Source of the DNA: the human T2T-CHM13v2.0 reference genome, Homo sapiens
Reading direction: 5' to 3' (one strand)
Assembly (NCBI RefSeq): GCF_009914755.1
Contig: NC_060940.1
DNA: 64,000 nt
Both the position numbers and the translations under genes were made by a program. The notes below the pieces were generated by a model. The model had not been told where the DNA came from and made no database searches. It saw only the letters and a list, made by a program, of their open reading frames with translations. Within the stretch, counting starts at the first letter, position 1; the number at the start of each line of letters is the position of its first letter. Shown here one piece after another: positions 39,880-53,451 of this stretch.

Positions 39880-40100
39880 ACTACCCAATCATTGAGCACC
39901 TATATTTGCCTTGTATTGGGCCAAAAGCCTCCCCTCCTCCCAGGAGGGTGCCATTTGCATACCCGTTTCACGGATGAGCATACTGAAACTCAGAGAAGAT
40001 GATTCACTCAATAGTTACAGAGCTAGTAAAGGAGAGAGTTAGGATTCAGATCCTAGTTTGTCTGACCTCAAGGCCCAAGCATTTTTCTGCTGTACCACAC
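39880..40100 (-). mobile_element. MIR SINE
   Basis: 'cccgtttcacggatgagcatactgaaactcagaga..acagagctagtaaaggagagagttaggattcagatcc'. Confidence 0.75.
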
Positions 40101-40489
40101 TAATATTTTCATCACAATTCAAATACAAATCCAATGTCAGCTGACACCAGTGACATATTATGAAACAAATGATGCTGAATGCCATCAGCAACTCTCAACA
40201 GCTGGCTCATTTCCCGACTATGGCACACTGCTCAGATTGCATGGAGGCTGGGATTGATGCTCTTTATTTGTCCATCTCCTGTCCAAATGCCACCCTTTGA
40301 AGTAAGGTCACCTCCACCGCAATGGACACAAGAAGAAAACCAACAAGGACATTGGCCCTGTAAGGAAATTTTAGCTTGAATTCTGAACTTTTTTCCTTCT
40401 CACAGGCTCTACAAATGGCTACACTTAAAACTCTCAGATTTAAAATGCAATCATTACGAACAGAGACAAAAATGAGTACTTGCAATAAC

Positions 40490-40678
40490 TGGTGATGTCA
40501 AAGACAATCTGTAGACTGGTAATTATATTGGACCAATATCAATTTCCTGGTTTGTATCATCCACAACAGTTACGTAAGATGCCACCAAAGAGGGAAACTA
40601 GGTGATGTATACATGGGATCTCTCTGTACTATTTTTGCAACTTCTTGTGAGTCTATAATGCATTCAACATAAAAGTCT
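40490..40678 (+). mobile_element. L1MC/MD/ME 3' terminal fragment
   Basis: 'caatttcctggtttg..gggaaactaggtga..tatacatgggatctctctgtactatttttgcaacttcttgtgagtctataat'. Confidence 0.8.
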
Positions 40679-41732
40679 TGACAGATGTCTTCAGTGAGGT
40701 CACTTCACTCAATGAAGTAGGGCACCCCTCACCTCCAGAAGATCGCACGCATGTGGCATGATTTCTTTTCTTCCCCCTTTACATATATTGAGTGACCAAT
40801 GTGTGCCAGACATCCCAGTGGGCAGCTACCCCCTGTTATTTTATTTAATCTCCAGGATAATTCTGTGAGGACAGCATTGTCAGAGCAATATATAAACAGA
40901 GACATCATGGATGGAGATCGTACAATCAATAAATGTCCAACTCTGGCTCCTTGGAGAGGAATCCAGTGTCCTTTCCACAATCGCAAGCTAGTTTCAATGA
41001 ATATTTGATGAGTACGTACTATGTGTTGAAATTATGACATGCATCCTGGAAGGCAAAATGAGGTATAAGGCTATTTCTTAGCATTTAACGTAGCTAAATG
41101 TGGAAGACAACAGAATATTCCGAAAAGTGCATCATGTGAGAAAGTGGAAGAAAAGTAGGAACGTAACTCAAGGATTTTGATTCTAGCCTATGCTCCACTT
41201 CTGACTATCTATAAGACCTTGACCCTGTTTGCTAAACCTCACTGAGAGGCTGTTCTCTCATTTGCAAAGTCCCTGAGGTTCCTGCCAGCTCCGATCTGTG
41301 GTTCTTTACCTACGCATGCCAGAGTGACAGCCCCAAGTGGTCTGGGCTATGATGATCCAAGAAAGTGATGTGGGCAGAAGGAACTCATGGGAGAAAAGTG
41401 ACCCCAGTGGACACAGGTGCTCAGGGAAGGTGGCTTGGGAAGATCTGGCCTGCAACTGTCTCTGAAATTGGGAAAGATTTTTATAGTGTGAGAAGGGGAC
41501 ATTTCAGGCACAGAATTCTCCTAGAGTTGGTACTATGACTACTCGGTACTCTTAGGAGCATCACAGAGATTGAGAATGAGTTTATCTGGAATGCTCCAGA
41601 AAAGGTGACTTGAAGTGAAACCCCAATTCACTCAAAAAACCACCTAAGTCTATTAACAATTTTCTTTGTTGACATGCCCTACATAAACAAAGCAGCTTGC
41701 TTGACTTGAAGAGACTGCTTAGTCAAGACCAC

Positions 41733-42297
41733 TGTTGTAGACATCTATAGTTCTCAATCAGCAGACATATCCCTCCTTTCTCTTCCTAACAGTGCCCCAT
41801 TTTTTCATCAAGCATTCACCAATTCCTGGAAGCCCACAGGCTCACTCACTCTGAGCTCCAGGGTTGGTCCCTACTGGTACACTACACAAGCACAGCACAT
41901 TTACCAGACAGTGGTAAATGATAAACAACAATAATTGTTTTCCTGGAAAACTTATGACCTGAGATAATTCACATGAGACTTGAAATTCTGTTTCTTGGTA
42001 GGGGGGAAATTTAGTCTTTTGTTTGTGGAGAGAAGAAATGTGTGGCTTCAAGAACTCAGAAAATATTTTGTAATCAGGATGAGCCAACATTAATTTCAAA
42101 CTAAAACCACAAAGGCAGAGCAGAGACATGGGAGTAAAAAAATGTGTTTGGTGAATTGTTTAAACTGCTGGATCAAACTTAACCTGAAGCTCATAACCTC
42201 TGAACTTTCCAGTTATTTGCTTTAAAAAGTCTCCTATATTTTCAATCATTTAACGTTGGACTTTCTCATACGTGGAACATAGAGTCAAATTAACAGG
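41733..42297 (+). mobile_element. Old MLT1 (K/L-like) LTR
   Basis: 'ccctcctttctcttcctaacag..cccc' at start; 'ctggatcaa..cctgaagc..ctctgaactttccagtt' near end. Confidence 0.55.
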
Positions 42298-43419
42298 CAT
42301 AAATATATTTAGTCATCTTTATGAGGCTTAAGGAACCCTGGGAAGCCTTAAGAACACAGAATAGCAATGTTGAGAATCCTGACTTGGTCCAAAGTCCTAG
42401 TTTACCAGTCAAGCAAAATTAAAGCTGTGTTCAACTTCACCAAAATTCGTCAATCTCATATTTGAACTTACCGAATAGTCTGTGACTTTGATGTTACTTT
42501 TACCCTCTGAAGACTGATCTGCTTCCCTGCCCCCAACCCCATTTTGATTTGACTGGCCCAGTCCCCTTCACCAATCTCAAAATATCATAGGCACCTTGAT
42601 TTTGGTACTTAAAACACTGTTTTGACACCTTTGATTATCTCCAATGTCCTATTGCTAGATTCTGAACTTTTAGAAGTCAGGGATATTTCCTTGATGTCAT
42701 TGTATTCCAGGTAACTGTGTAGAATTTGGTCCATGACTATTTGTGGAATATATGGAAGAATAGAAGAGTAAGCTATAACACATATAGGTAGCTTGTTAGT
42801 AAGAAACCTATGGATAGCTCACCAGAGAGACAGAGGATACAGCTGTTATAGTTTTAGGGGTCACCACATGAGGCTTATGCTGTTCCCAGAGGCCCACCTC
42901 TGCAGGTCATTTCAGTTACCTGGCCTGTCAGGTGCATAACGGGAAGTACAAATGGTAGGAGCTGAAGGTAAGTAAAAAGCCTTTCAACAGGCAGAGTTAC
43001 ACCAGAGATTTGTGCAGCAATTTTCAAAGTGAAATAGAAGGGGAAATGGATGAGATAAAATATAAAATCAAAGAGGAAAAAAGTTTTCCTTCATATTGTG
43101 TGGACTCTTGCAGTTACTGTTATTGCCAAGTGAATGTTCCCATTTTTTCGGAAGAGTCATATAGTACTGGAATGTCACCGAGCTGCAATTTGATCAGCAT
43201 TAAGTGATGCTGTTGAGTTTGGGGTCCAGAATGGAATTTTACAGGAATAATAAAATAGCAGCCATGGAGCTTTTCTAACTTCAGAAAGTGAAATATTGAC
43301 CCTGAAGTTGAAAATGTGGCTCCAAGATCATCACTGTACAATTATCCAGGTTTCTAGTGATCAAAAGAAGCCCCAGAACAGTTGATGAATCTTGGGTGCA
43401 ATCTAAACCATATTTTTAA

Positions 43420-43968
43420 TGTGTTTTATCAATACTGAGACATATCTGACATCGTTTATTTTTCCTTTCACATTTTAGCATTTTTGAAATCAGAATGCTA
43501 TTGACTTGGCAGACAGAAACCTTAATGTAGTTGTCATCACCTGTATATATGCGTGAGAGTTGCAGAATGATTAGTTGCTTGGGCGGGGGCAAAAAATCCC
43601 CATTACAATAATGGGACACTGTCTTGAGAAATGCTATTTAACTAGTGGTCTTGGTATGGGAAAAACCGGTTATCAACAGCTCTGAGTTGAAAAGTGACGC
43701 TGAAAGTTTCAACTCTGAAGATGAAGAAGTTGCATTAATACTTTAGCCAATTTATTTCAGTTTTAAAACTAATGCATGAATTATAGATGACAAAATTGAT
43801 GTCTGTATAAGTCTAAAGTCAAATTGATGTCTAAATAAGTCTAGTGAGTTTTAAAAACTCAAAATGATAAGAATCATTATGTCATAGTTTAATTGGCAAG
43901 AATTTTCTTTTTTAGTTGTACATATAATAATGTCACACCTTAAAATTTATAAGATACAATGAAATAAG
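43420..43968 (+). mobile_element. Kanga/MER104-like TcMar-Tc2 DNA transposon
   Basis: Left end 'tttcacattttagcatttttgaaatcagaatg'; right end 'tagttgtacatataataatgtcacaccttaaa..aatgaaata'; internal 28-bp duplication at 43793-43843. Confidence 0.6.
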
Positions 43969-44308
43969 TTGTGTTATGGGTTCAAGGGCTAGAATTCAAG
44001 TTTATAAAACACATCCCCAATCAGTTATGCAAAACCAGGTAAAAGGGGTGACTTACAAATGTTTTCTACAGATAATTACTGTCTAATTAGAAAGATAATT
44101 TAAAAAATTTCCATTTCTTTTGAAAATAGAAATTTAAATGGTACAGGGCAAAAGTGGAGATAACTCATGTTTCATAGAAAACTCCAATGAAAAGTTAATA
44201 ATAATTTGATGGATGCATCTCTATTGTCCTCTGACCACATTCATGCCTCTGCTGGAAGAAGCAGTCGGTGGTTTCACTAACTAGAATTGCCTTTGAATCA
44301 GAATCTTT

Positions 44309-44612
44309 GGCCAGGTGCAGTGGCTCATGCCTGTAATCCCAATACTTTGGGAGGCCGAGGCAGGTGGATCACCTGAGGTCAGGAGTTCAAGACCAGACTG
44401 GCCAACATGGTGAAACCCCGTCTCTACTAAAAATACAAAAAGTAGCCAGGCGTGTTGGCATGTGCCTGTAATCGCAGCTACCTGGGAGGCTGAGGTAGGA
44501 GAATCACTTGAACCCAGGAGACGGAGGTTGCAGTGAGCCATTGCACTCCAGCCTGGGCGACAAGAGCAAAACTTTGTCTCAAAAAATAATAATAAGAAGA
44601 AATAATTTTAAA
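44309..44612 (+). mobile_element. AluS (Sx/Sq-like) with small right-arm deletion
   Basis: Alu dimer; 'gtgagcc|attgcactcc' lacks ~11 nt; TSD tgaatcagaatctt (44294-44307) / tgaatcagagtctt (44616-44629). Confidence 0.93.
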
Positions 44613-44829
44613 AAATGAATCAGAGTCTTCAAGTTTCAAAGGTGGAAAGACACCCAGAGCTTTTCCATTTACAGGTGAAGCAACTGCCTGAAGGTTGGTT
44701 CTGATGCTCAAATGACTTAAAAAATTGTCTTCAACCTAAGACTAGTGGTTACATAATGAAAAACATGAAAGAAAAACAGGAGAACAAAAATATCAGCTAA
44801 ATAATGAATCAGCAAATGACCTCAACATC

Positions 44830-45050
44830 CATTGAGTGTCTTCTGGTGGTAGGTACCTTGCCTAGAATAGCTCAAATAACAAAACACTCACAAACTCTAT
44901 TGCCCAATTTCACAGCTGAGGAAAATCAAGCTCTAGAAGTTAAAGATTAAGTGCTTTGTCCAAGGTCACACAGCTAGGGAAGGCGGTGGGAATCAAATCA
45001 AATTTTGTATGATCTACAAATTGCCTTCTTTCTGTCATGACACACTGCCT
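44830..45050 (-). mobile_element. MIR SINE
   Basis: 'cccaatttcacagctgaggaaaatcaag..ttgtccaaggtcacacagctag'. Confidence 0.75.
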
Positions 45051-46203
45051 TGAGGTACAACCATGATGAAATGTTGTGCTCTTCTGAAACTGACACTTTT
45101 GGGAGAAAGATAAATATAAAGATTCATAGCATTTGATTGGCTGCTTCAATAGAAATCTGGACACCAGAGGTCTATTGCTTCCACTCTTTTGCATATGGTT
45201 GATGTGGTCTCCTTCCCCAATCTCTGGCCACTTTTTCCATGTTCAACTCCTGCTCATGAATTTAGCTTCAGCTCAGTTATCAGTTCATCCAGAAAGTCTC
45301 CTAGGCTGAATTACTGACTTCCTCCTCGCTGCTCCCCCAGGACCTCAGTATTTCCCATTACCATTGCATTTATGTCATTGCATCTCACTGAGGACAGGAA
45401 TATTCTTTTCATCTTTAGATCCTCAAGGCTGGCACAGATCCTGGGGCATACATGGCACTAATACAGGACCGTTGAATAAATGCATGCATTGTCATTGTGT
45501 GGACTGTGAAGATTCACGATGTCTCCCTCCATGATCAGAATCTCTTTATCGCCTAAAATAATAGCTGTAGTTGAAATCTTTTAAGTGGAGGCTACATAAG
45601 GAAGAAGGAGGTTCTAGGTTTCTTTACTAAAAAGTTCCATAACTAATCCCCCAAAACACATAATAGAAACTAGGTAGGGGGCAGTTCGTAGAAGGCAATT
45701 AACATGAGCTTCTACATGTCATGTAGCTTAGAGAAAAAAAGAAATCAAGTATTGACAAACCATTGAAAGTTCTATTCCCAAAATGTTATATCTCCCTATT
45801 GTTGGGCAGTGCCTACATTTTGGGGCATCACTCTCTTCTAGAATGTTTTGGCATGGCAAAGTGGGAGCATGCTACAGAGACATTAAGGAATGGTTAGGAC
45901 TTGGTGGCTGATGTGAGTTCAAGAATCCAGGGTCTTCACATATTTCTTTCCTGTTTTTCTTTAAAGTCCCCAGTAGCCCAAAATATATTTTAAAAGAAAA
46001 ACCCTTAGCATGTAGCTCCTAATTGTTTGAACTTTGGACAAATATCCCATCAGAAAATATCTGCCAGGTATGGCAGGACTGACCCCTGCCTATTATTCTG
46101 GCTTCTTCTCCCTACTTAATCTTCTTCCCTTGTTACACACCAGCCACATCAGCTCTCCCCACTTCCTGAACATTCCTAGGTCTTTCTGGCACATCCCATT
46201 TAC

Positions 46204-46507
46204 TTTATTTATTCATTCATTGAGACAGGGTCTCACTCTGTTGCTCAGGGTGGAATGCAATGGTGTGACCATGGCTTACCGCAGCCTCAGCCTCCGGACC
46301 TCCAGGCTCAAGCGATCCTCCCATGACAGCCTCCCAAGTAGCTGGGACTAGAGGTGTGGTGCCAGCATGCCCCACTATTTAAAAAAAAAAAATTTTGTAG
46401 AAATGGGGTCTCACTATGTTGCCCAGGCTGATCTCAAACTCCTGGACTCAAGCAATCCTCCCGCCTCCATCTCCCAAAGTGCTAGGGTTACAGTCATGAC
46501 CCCAGCC
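46204..46507 (-). mobile_element. AluJ, inserted in an L2 fragment
   Basis: 'gagacagggtctcactctgttgctcagg..ggctcaagcgatcctccc..gggtctcactatgttgcccaggctg'. Confidence 0.88.
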
Positions 46508-46509
46508 AT

Positions 46510-46890
46510 GCTCTCCTCTTATTGGAGACGTTTACTTTTCTCTCTTCATCTGCTCAACTCCTCCTCTTTTAAATCACAGCTAAATATCATTTTCTCAAGG
46601 AAGACCTACCTGATCACCTGGGTCTAGGTGGGATCCCCTGTTATTTGCTCTTGTTGCAACCCATGTTTCTCTATAGGAGAACGCATTACAATTGAAATTA
46701 AATAACTATGTGTGTAATAATGAGTTTGAGAACTGTCTTCCCCATCTGGCAACTCCCTAAGGGCAAGGACAACCCATATTTTTTTTTTTCAGAACTATCT
46801 TCAGCACATGACATGGTGCCATTCATACTTAAAAATATGTGTTGGATAAAAAAATTTAAAAAATAGAATAAGCAAATGAGTGAATAAATA
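46510..46890 (+). mobile_element. L2 3' fragment
   Basis: 'aaatcacagctaaatatcattttctcaaggaagacct..ctccctaagggcaaggac..aaatatgtgttggataa'. Confidence 0.65.
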
Positions 46891-47469
46891 ATGGGGCCTC
46901 AGTTTCTCCCTTGGGATTAAGTGGGTACCAGGCAGGACAAAATAAGCCACCTGTGCCATTCTACCCTTTCCATCCTGCTGTTTTTCCACCCTGCAGCTGC
47001 TTTCTCAAAGAATCCCTGAATCTCCTCTCTCTAAATAGTGCAAGCTTGCTGTTGGGAACACCCACAGATGCACTCTACAAATACACAACTCACTTTGAGT
47101 AATCATATTGATTCGGAATTATCGGCCATTCAAATACCTCATTGAAGATGCCATCTGGGATGTTATTGCTCTTCAGAGGTAGATCATATTCTGAGAAAAT
47201 CTGTCAAAATGTAGAAATAACTCATCAAAATGGCCATTGCAGAATCTAGCTGCACTTCTTAAGGAAGCAGACTCTGATGCTGCGGGTTTCATTGCCCCTA
47301 AGTGAGATGCTGAAGGAAGAAGGGCTGTTTCTTTTCTGTTTTCAAGTGTCATGAGAAATTTAAAGTTCAGGAATGTGCAAGTTCAGAGTGCTCCTGGACT
47401 CCTTTGCTCATTCAGAGACATCTCACTGAAAACAAACATTCCTCAAGGTTATCTCTGGTCCTGGAGGGT

Positions 47470-47670
47470 ATGTGCTTAAGCAGAACTGGGTTTCAGTTCT
47501 TCCTCAGCCACGTGTGGCCCATTAAGCCATGGGCAAGTTTCTTAAGCTATTGCAGACCCAGTTTCCTCACCTGTAAATTTTGAATAACAAAGTCTACTGC
47601 ATAGGGCTATTTCAGGGCTTTAAAAAGATAAAGATTGTATAGCTTGATATGTAATGCCTGGAACTGATTA
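47470..47670 (+). mobile_element. MIR SINE
   Basis: 'gccatgggcaagtttcttaag..cagtttcctcacctgtaaa'. Confidence 0.7.
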
Positions 47671-47804
47671 GGGACTCAAAATGCTTACCAAATAAGCTGG
47701 ATTAAGCCATGATAGAATCTTAGATTTGAACTTTAGACAAAGTAATGGCATAAGGCACCTTTGACTACAACTTAGCGGTAGGAAAGATAAAACCATTCCA
47801 AGTG

Positions 47805-47985
47805 CCACTGGCAATGGTATGCAAGCAAACCAGTTCCAGTAGGGGTGGTAGAGAGTGTTTGCCTCTTTCATGGCGTAAATACTCCCAACATGGCCTGTTT
47901 CAAACAACCGACACATCAAAAATTAGCTCCCCAAAATTCTGAATATGTAACAATCGGATCTTGGAAGCCAATGAAAGCCAGCGTC
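47805..47985 (-). mobile_element. MER63-like hAT-Blackjack DNA transposon
   Basis: 'gtaaatactcccaacatggcctgtttcaa..aaaattctgaatatgtaacaatcggatctt' matches antisense MER63. Confidence 0.7.
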
Positions 47986-48199
47986 ATCAAACCACAACAG
48001 AAACACGTTGGTCTTGCCTCTGGGTTAGTGCCAATCCTTGACCATGCCAGGAGAAACCCAAAATGTAAGCCTCTCAGTAGATACCTGCCCCCTCGGCCAT
48101 TCACGAGGAACACCTGGTGCTATCCCAGGTGCTCCCTGCTCCGCATTATTCCTTTCAGCTCCACAGCAGAGCTACCCTCCGCCCTCCGTGGGCAGCATG

Positions 48200-48640
48200 C
48201 CATTGTTTTACTAGGGAAATTCAGTATTATTCAGCAGGCACTTTTGAATTGAAAATAACATTTAAAAAGGATTATCCCAGGCAAAGTCATCAGCTGCTGT
48301 GTACTCATTGAAGTTAAAACAATGCAAGATTGATTATTTTTGTAGACTATGCAAATTACAAATGGCATTGGTATTAAATCCTTGGTATTTGACTTCACCT
48401 CCAAGTGCTCCACAATTACTGTTTTCAAATCAAGAACCTGGATTTTTTTTTTTTTTAGAAAATCAAGCTATATATGTATATATTTCCCTTCCAGAAAAAC
48501 AAAAGCAAAGGAAAATAATCACATCTGAAAGGCATTAATGATTCTAAACACATATGAAGTAAAAGACAAAATGCTTTGTGAAGCGACTTCAGCTCTCTGT
48601 TGCTTTCTGACCTCCCCCGTGACACCTACAAAAAAATGTC
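48200..48640. promoter_or_regulatory. Candidate SOX/POU/bHLH enhancer
   Basis: CAGCTG ~48290, SOX AACAATG 48318-48324, octamer ATGCAAAT 48349-48356; repeat-free. Confidence 0.3.
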
Positions 48641-51084
48641 ATGTCCTTGGTGGAGGTCTCTCATTTCTAATGGAATGGTTTTACCTTTTCCCACCACTAT
48701 GCTGAATTCAACCCTCACTCGCAGCCTAGCCTAGTTGATTTAATCACTTTCACATCCACATTAGACAATATCATGGATGTTATCATTAATTTACCTAATA
48801 GCCTTTGATATGCACAAAACACCTTAAAGATATTAAGCTGTAGGACATCAGATACAGATAGGGGTTTAAGAGAGAATGATTTCTTTTACATGGTCTAGGG
48901 GTTAGAGGTGCTAACATTTGCATAACACTTACTAAATACCCAAACAGCATGCTGTAGCATGACATAAATTATGACAATGTATGATCACAGCATTTCAGAA
49001 AGACACATATTATTATTTCCCTCGTTGTACAAATGCAAAAACAGACGCTGAACAGTTAACATTTTCCAAGGAGGCAAGTGTAGAAATGGACAAGGCAAGA
49101 TTAGAACCTGGGTCATTCTCACTACAAAAACCATTGCTTTCTCTGCTGCATCACTCTGCCTGATGAATTTATGCCCCAAGAGCTGTCTGAAAGCTTGTCT
49201 CATTCCCTTCATCTATTTAAAGTCAAAGCAAAAGCACATTCTGTCTCCACCTTGTCTAAAACTTGAACTTGAGATGATGTCATGGGGATAGTCAAATTAG
49301 ATCAGTACAGATTCATCAAGGTCTTACTTCACTGGAGATGCTGTGCTGGGTGTAGAGTGACTTCAGAGTCCTTCCCAGTGGGAAAGCCAGCTTCTCTGCA
49401 CAGAGAAGATGGCAAGTATGACAAGATAAAACCTGGTTACAGCCAGACCTGAGCTCCGCCCCCTCATCTCATAGGCCGGCTTGCTCTGCTCACATTAGCG
49501 CCATGCTGTCCACCTCCCTGCTCCTGTGCACTCCCTGCCCAGTTCCCAAGTCAGCTGAAGCCCACCTATTCCTTAGCTCTAGGATCCACCCATACATTTT
49601 CATTGTCCCCACCATAGCTGCTGTCACTGCCCCTGCACTTGGCTCCATTATCGCTTGTCTGGACTATTTAACCAATATAAGCTTTCCTCTTTATGTAATC
49701 CTACACAAACTCCCAGATTAGTCTTATGTTTACATATTCTATTTTACCATGACACTTCACTACTCCAAATAATTTCTAGACTTAAGAAAAATTAAGAAAG
49801 TAATAATTAAAAGCCTAGATAATAAAACAGATGAGAGCAGATTATCTTTAGTTTAGACTTCCGTTGAGGGGTTTTTGCCCTCTGCATTCCCTGTCTCACA
49901 CCGCAGCGCCCCTCTGGGGCATCTTCACAGAACACTGGGGCAGTGCAGAGCACTGTGAGATCATACTTTGATCACTTATGGCCAGAGGAATAAATTTCAG
50001 CTCATTAGCCTGATAGTCAAGGCCCTTCTGTCTGGCAGGACAGGGAGCCACCCTATAGGGTTGCTGCAACGTTTAGAGTCAAAATATTCAAGGCACTTAG
50101 AGTATTCCTAGTACATGACAAATGCTCAGTAAATGTAGTTTGCTTTATTGGTTGTTGTTTCCAATCCTTATATCCATGTATGAACTCTAAACTTCAGTTT
50201 ATGTGAACTCCTATGTCCTCTGTTCTCAACCCCCAATTGGCTCTCTCTAGTCATTACCACAGGCTATTTCCAAAGCCTGAAATCTCTTCCCCATGTACTC
50301 TCTGTATGCACAATCCTCTTGCTCTTCCAAATCCTACTGCCTCTTGGATTATCCCAGCTAGAAGTCGTTGGTCCTACCTCTGAATGCTTGTAGACTTTTC
50401 CCTAGAACTCACCTGGAACCTGGTTGCATTACTCACTGTGTTACTGTATTCTGTCACTCTCACCTCAAAGAGCATCCTGTGGCCAGGTCGTTTGTGCCCT
50501 TGCCACTGTTCCTACCTACCATAGTAGGTTGCTTATAAGTGATGAGTAAAAGAATACAACCCACTTCATCCCTTTAAATGGTGATGCAACTGCTCAATTC
50601 ATCAAGGATACCTATGGCTACAAGATGCTCCAAACTGTAATGTAAAAGCCAAAACGTCATAGAAGCTGAACAACTCCACTTCTCAAAATATTTCAAACCA
50701 ATACTCTGCTTGTACCGTCAGGCTTGTTTTGTACCAGGGTAGGTTTCTTTCCTGTTGTTGATGGAGAGTTTTTCTCTCAGCAGGTGCTGATCTTCATGCT
50801 ACCATTGCTCCAGCCAGTGGGTCATGACTCTAGTGAATGAAGAATCCCAGACAATGGAAGCTGCCCATGGCTTGGAACCTGCTTCCATGAAAGCCTGTGC
50901 CACCCTAGCCCAGTTCTGGCTGAGCTGTATTATTGGGTCAGCCTTCTAAGAGCTTCCCTGCCTTAGTTCTTCCCTTTTAGGTCAGCCTTAAAGCCTCATG
51001 AGAGGGCTTTTGTAAAGCATGGATGTACCCACATTCTTTAGTGTATCACTTCTATAAAGTTGTCAATGGGTTTCCATCATAAAT

Positions 51085-51255
51085 AGCCACTTTCCTCCAA
51101 GTGTGATCCCCAGGACATCATCAGAAGCTCTTGGACTGCATGCTAACATGCAAACTCCTGAGCTCTGTCTGAAACCTAATGAACACCAGTAAGCTGCTTT
51201 TTCTCTCCAGTGGCTTCAAAGGTGATTTCTATGCACACAACCATAGGAACCTCAG
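51085..51255 (+). mobile_element. MER5-like fragment
   Basis: 'caagtgtgatcccc..aacatgcaaactcctgagctc..aaacctaatgaa..ggtgatttctatgcacac'. Confidence 0.5.
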
Positions 51256-51568
51256 ACTTAAATAAAGGCCAGTTGTTGATTTCAACATTAAAATCTGAGC
51301 CAGACAATTTGTCTAGGTCCCCTGGAAGGAGCAGCATCCTTCACGTCTCTCTCCCTGCGCAGGCTATTGTTCCCTGTGGGCCCTCCTTGCCTTGCCTGTG
51401 TGCCACACGCACTGGGCCCATAATATCCTGCCACTTCCCTCCTGCTGTCTTGGAAATGTCACTGCTCCCACAAAACCCCTTGGTTTCCTAGACATGTTCA
51501 GTTATCACCATTCACAGCACCTTACCTACCTCGTGAAGCAGTGTTCTGTGAATATTAATCTACCTGCC

Positions 51569-51928
51569 TGATATGGTTTGACTGTGTTCTCACCCAATCT
51601 CACCTTGAATTGTAGCTCCCATAATCCCACATGTTGTGAGAGGGACCTGGTGGGAAGTACTTGAATCATGGGGACAGGTCTTTCCCGTACTGTTCTTGTG
51701 ATAGTGAATAAGTCTCACAGGATCTGATGGTTTCATAAAGGGCAGCTCCCCTGCACAAGATCTCTTGCCTGCCACTATGCAAGATGTGCCTTTGTTCCTC
51801 CTTTGCCATCCACCATGATTGTGAGGCCTCCCCAGCCATGTGGAACTGTGACTCCATTAAACCTCTTGCCTTTATAAATTACCTAGTCTCTTATGTCTTT
51901 ATTAGCAGCATGAGAACAGACTAATACA
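51569..51928 (+). mobile_element. THE1B/C solo LTR
   Basis: 'tgatatggtttgactgtg..' to 'gaacagactaataca'; TSD ctgcc/atgcc. Confidence 0.93.
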
Positions 51929-52029
51929 ATGCCTTTGCCCCATCAGCCACCCATCTTCAAAAGCTGGAACCACACATAGATTTAGTTAGAATAATACTTT
52001 CCTTAGTATAGATTATAGTTTATGACCTG

Positions 52030-52240
52030 CAGACACACGTGGTGTGGTTCTTTGCCCTGCAGCTGCCTCTGAACAGCACTGACCACATCACTGCACCTCC
52101 CTGAGTCTCAGTATCTTCATCTGAAAATGGCCACAGCATCCCTCCCTAATTTCAACTTTTTTGATTAAATGAAATAATGCATGCAATGGGCTTAGAAGAG
52201 TACTCAATAAATACCAACTACATTTTTATTGTTAGTAATA
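52030..52240 (+). mobile_element. MIR SINE
   Basis: 'cctccctgagtctcagtatcttcatctgaaaatgg..gattaaatgaaataatgcatg'. Confidence 0.65.
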
Positions 52241-52729
52241 TGATCATTATTTTATTATCCTGTTATCCCAAAAGTGAAACAAAAATGCCTGCTGCCAACA
52301 GACAATAAATCATTGTAGATTTTATCTCTTCATAATGCTATTGGGATAAGGTCTACGTCCAGGATGCAGAAAATAAAGAATCTGCTTTTTTCTTTCTTTC
52401 TTTTTCCTCTCTTACCTTATAGGAGACCAATGACTGGACTCTGCTGGCTTGTAAACCAGAACCAAATTCTATTAATGGGGCTCCTGTGACTTCTGATGAT
52501 TCTCCCATGGTGCAGGCAGGACAGTGCCACAGTGGAGGCACCAGGGACATTGTGTCTCGGCCATGAAATGGGCTGCTCCAAATTGCCCTGCACACACCAG
52601 AGGCCAGGTTAGAATGTACAACAAGATTCTACTAGACACTGTGGGTAATAAAAAAGAAGAAGGAATAAAGCTGTCCTCTTATACATCCTCATGTAAGGAT
52701 GCTTACATTCTTTGAGCATCCTTCTAAGT

Positions 52730-52930
52730 GCTTTATTCAGTCAAAAAACATTTACTAAGTATCTACTTTAAAAAACCCCTCTATTAAGGGCTAGACAAAA
52801 ATTCCTGCACTTGTGAAATTTGCATTCTCCTGGAGAGAAAGATGCAATAAAAAATAAGCATAATACATTTGATATTGTAAGATGACATGTGCTGTAACAA
52901 AGAAAAACGAATAGATCACAGTAAGGAAGA
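52730..52930 (-). mobile_element. L2 3' fragment
   Basis: 'ttattcagtcaaaaaacatttactaagtatctac..agacaaaaattcctgcacttgtgaaatttgcattct'. Confidence 0.65.
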
Positions 52931-52939
52931 CTTACATGT

Positions 52940-53120
52940 ATTACCTCAATGGCCATTATTGTATAGACAGATGCTTTTATTATTACCTCGATTTTATACA
53001 TGCAGAAATTGAAGCACAGAGAGGTAAAGTAACTTGCCCAACTATCTGATCAAAGAATCAGATCAGATTGAATTCATGCCTTCTGATTTCAGAGACCATG
53101 GTGTTAATTATAGTGCATGG
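52940..53120 (-). mobile_element. MIR SINE
   Basis: 'gaaattgaagcacagagaggtaaagtaacttgccca'. Confidence 0.75.
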
Positions 53121-53451
53121 TGACAACCAGTTGCACTAGTCAAGATGGAGCACCTGCCCAGCCCAGCTTGTGTCCAGTCCTGCTCAGTTCCAGGCTACCA
53201 GGAGAGGATGGAACAGGACAGCTCACCTCCCTTCACAGACAGGGACCTGAGCATCTCTAGTAAGGACCGGAAAGACATTTTTTCCTTCACTCCGGCCAAA
53301 TGCCTTTCCTCATGGAGCTTAGGGTCACCTTCAGAATTCTCACTGGTTCCTGTCATACATTCAGCCTCCTTTCAGGGAGATGACAATAGTAATGTCCACG
53401 TCTTCCAGGGAAAGCCAATTCCTCCCAGCGATTAAAACATCATACAACCTC

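Noticed and set aside
49900-49922. Possible CTCF site (gcagcgcccctctggggc)
   Set aside because: Spacing differs from the CCASYAGRKGGCR consensus by an extra G; too weak without ChIP data.
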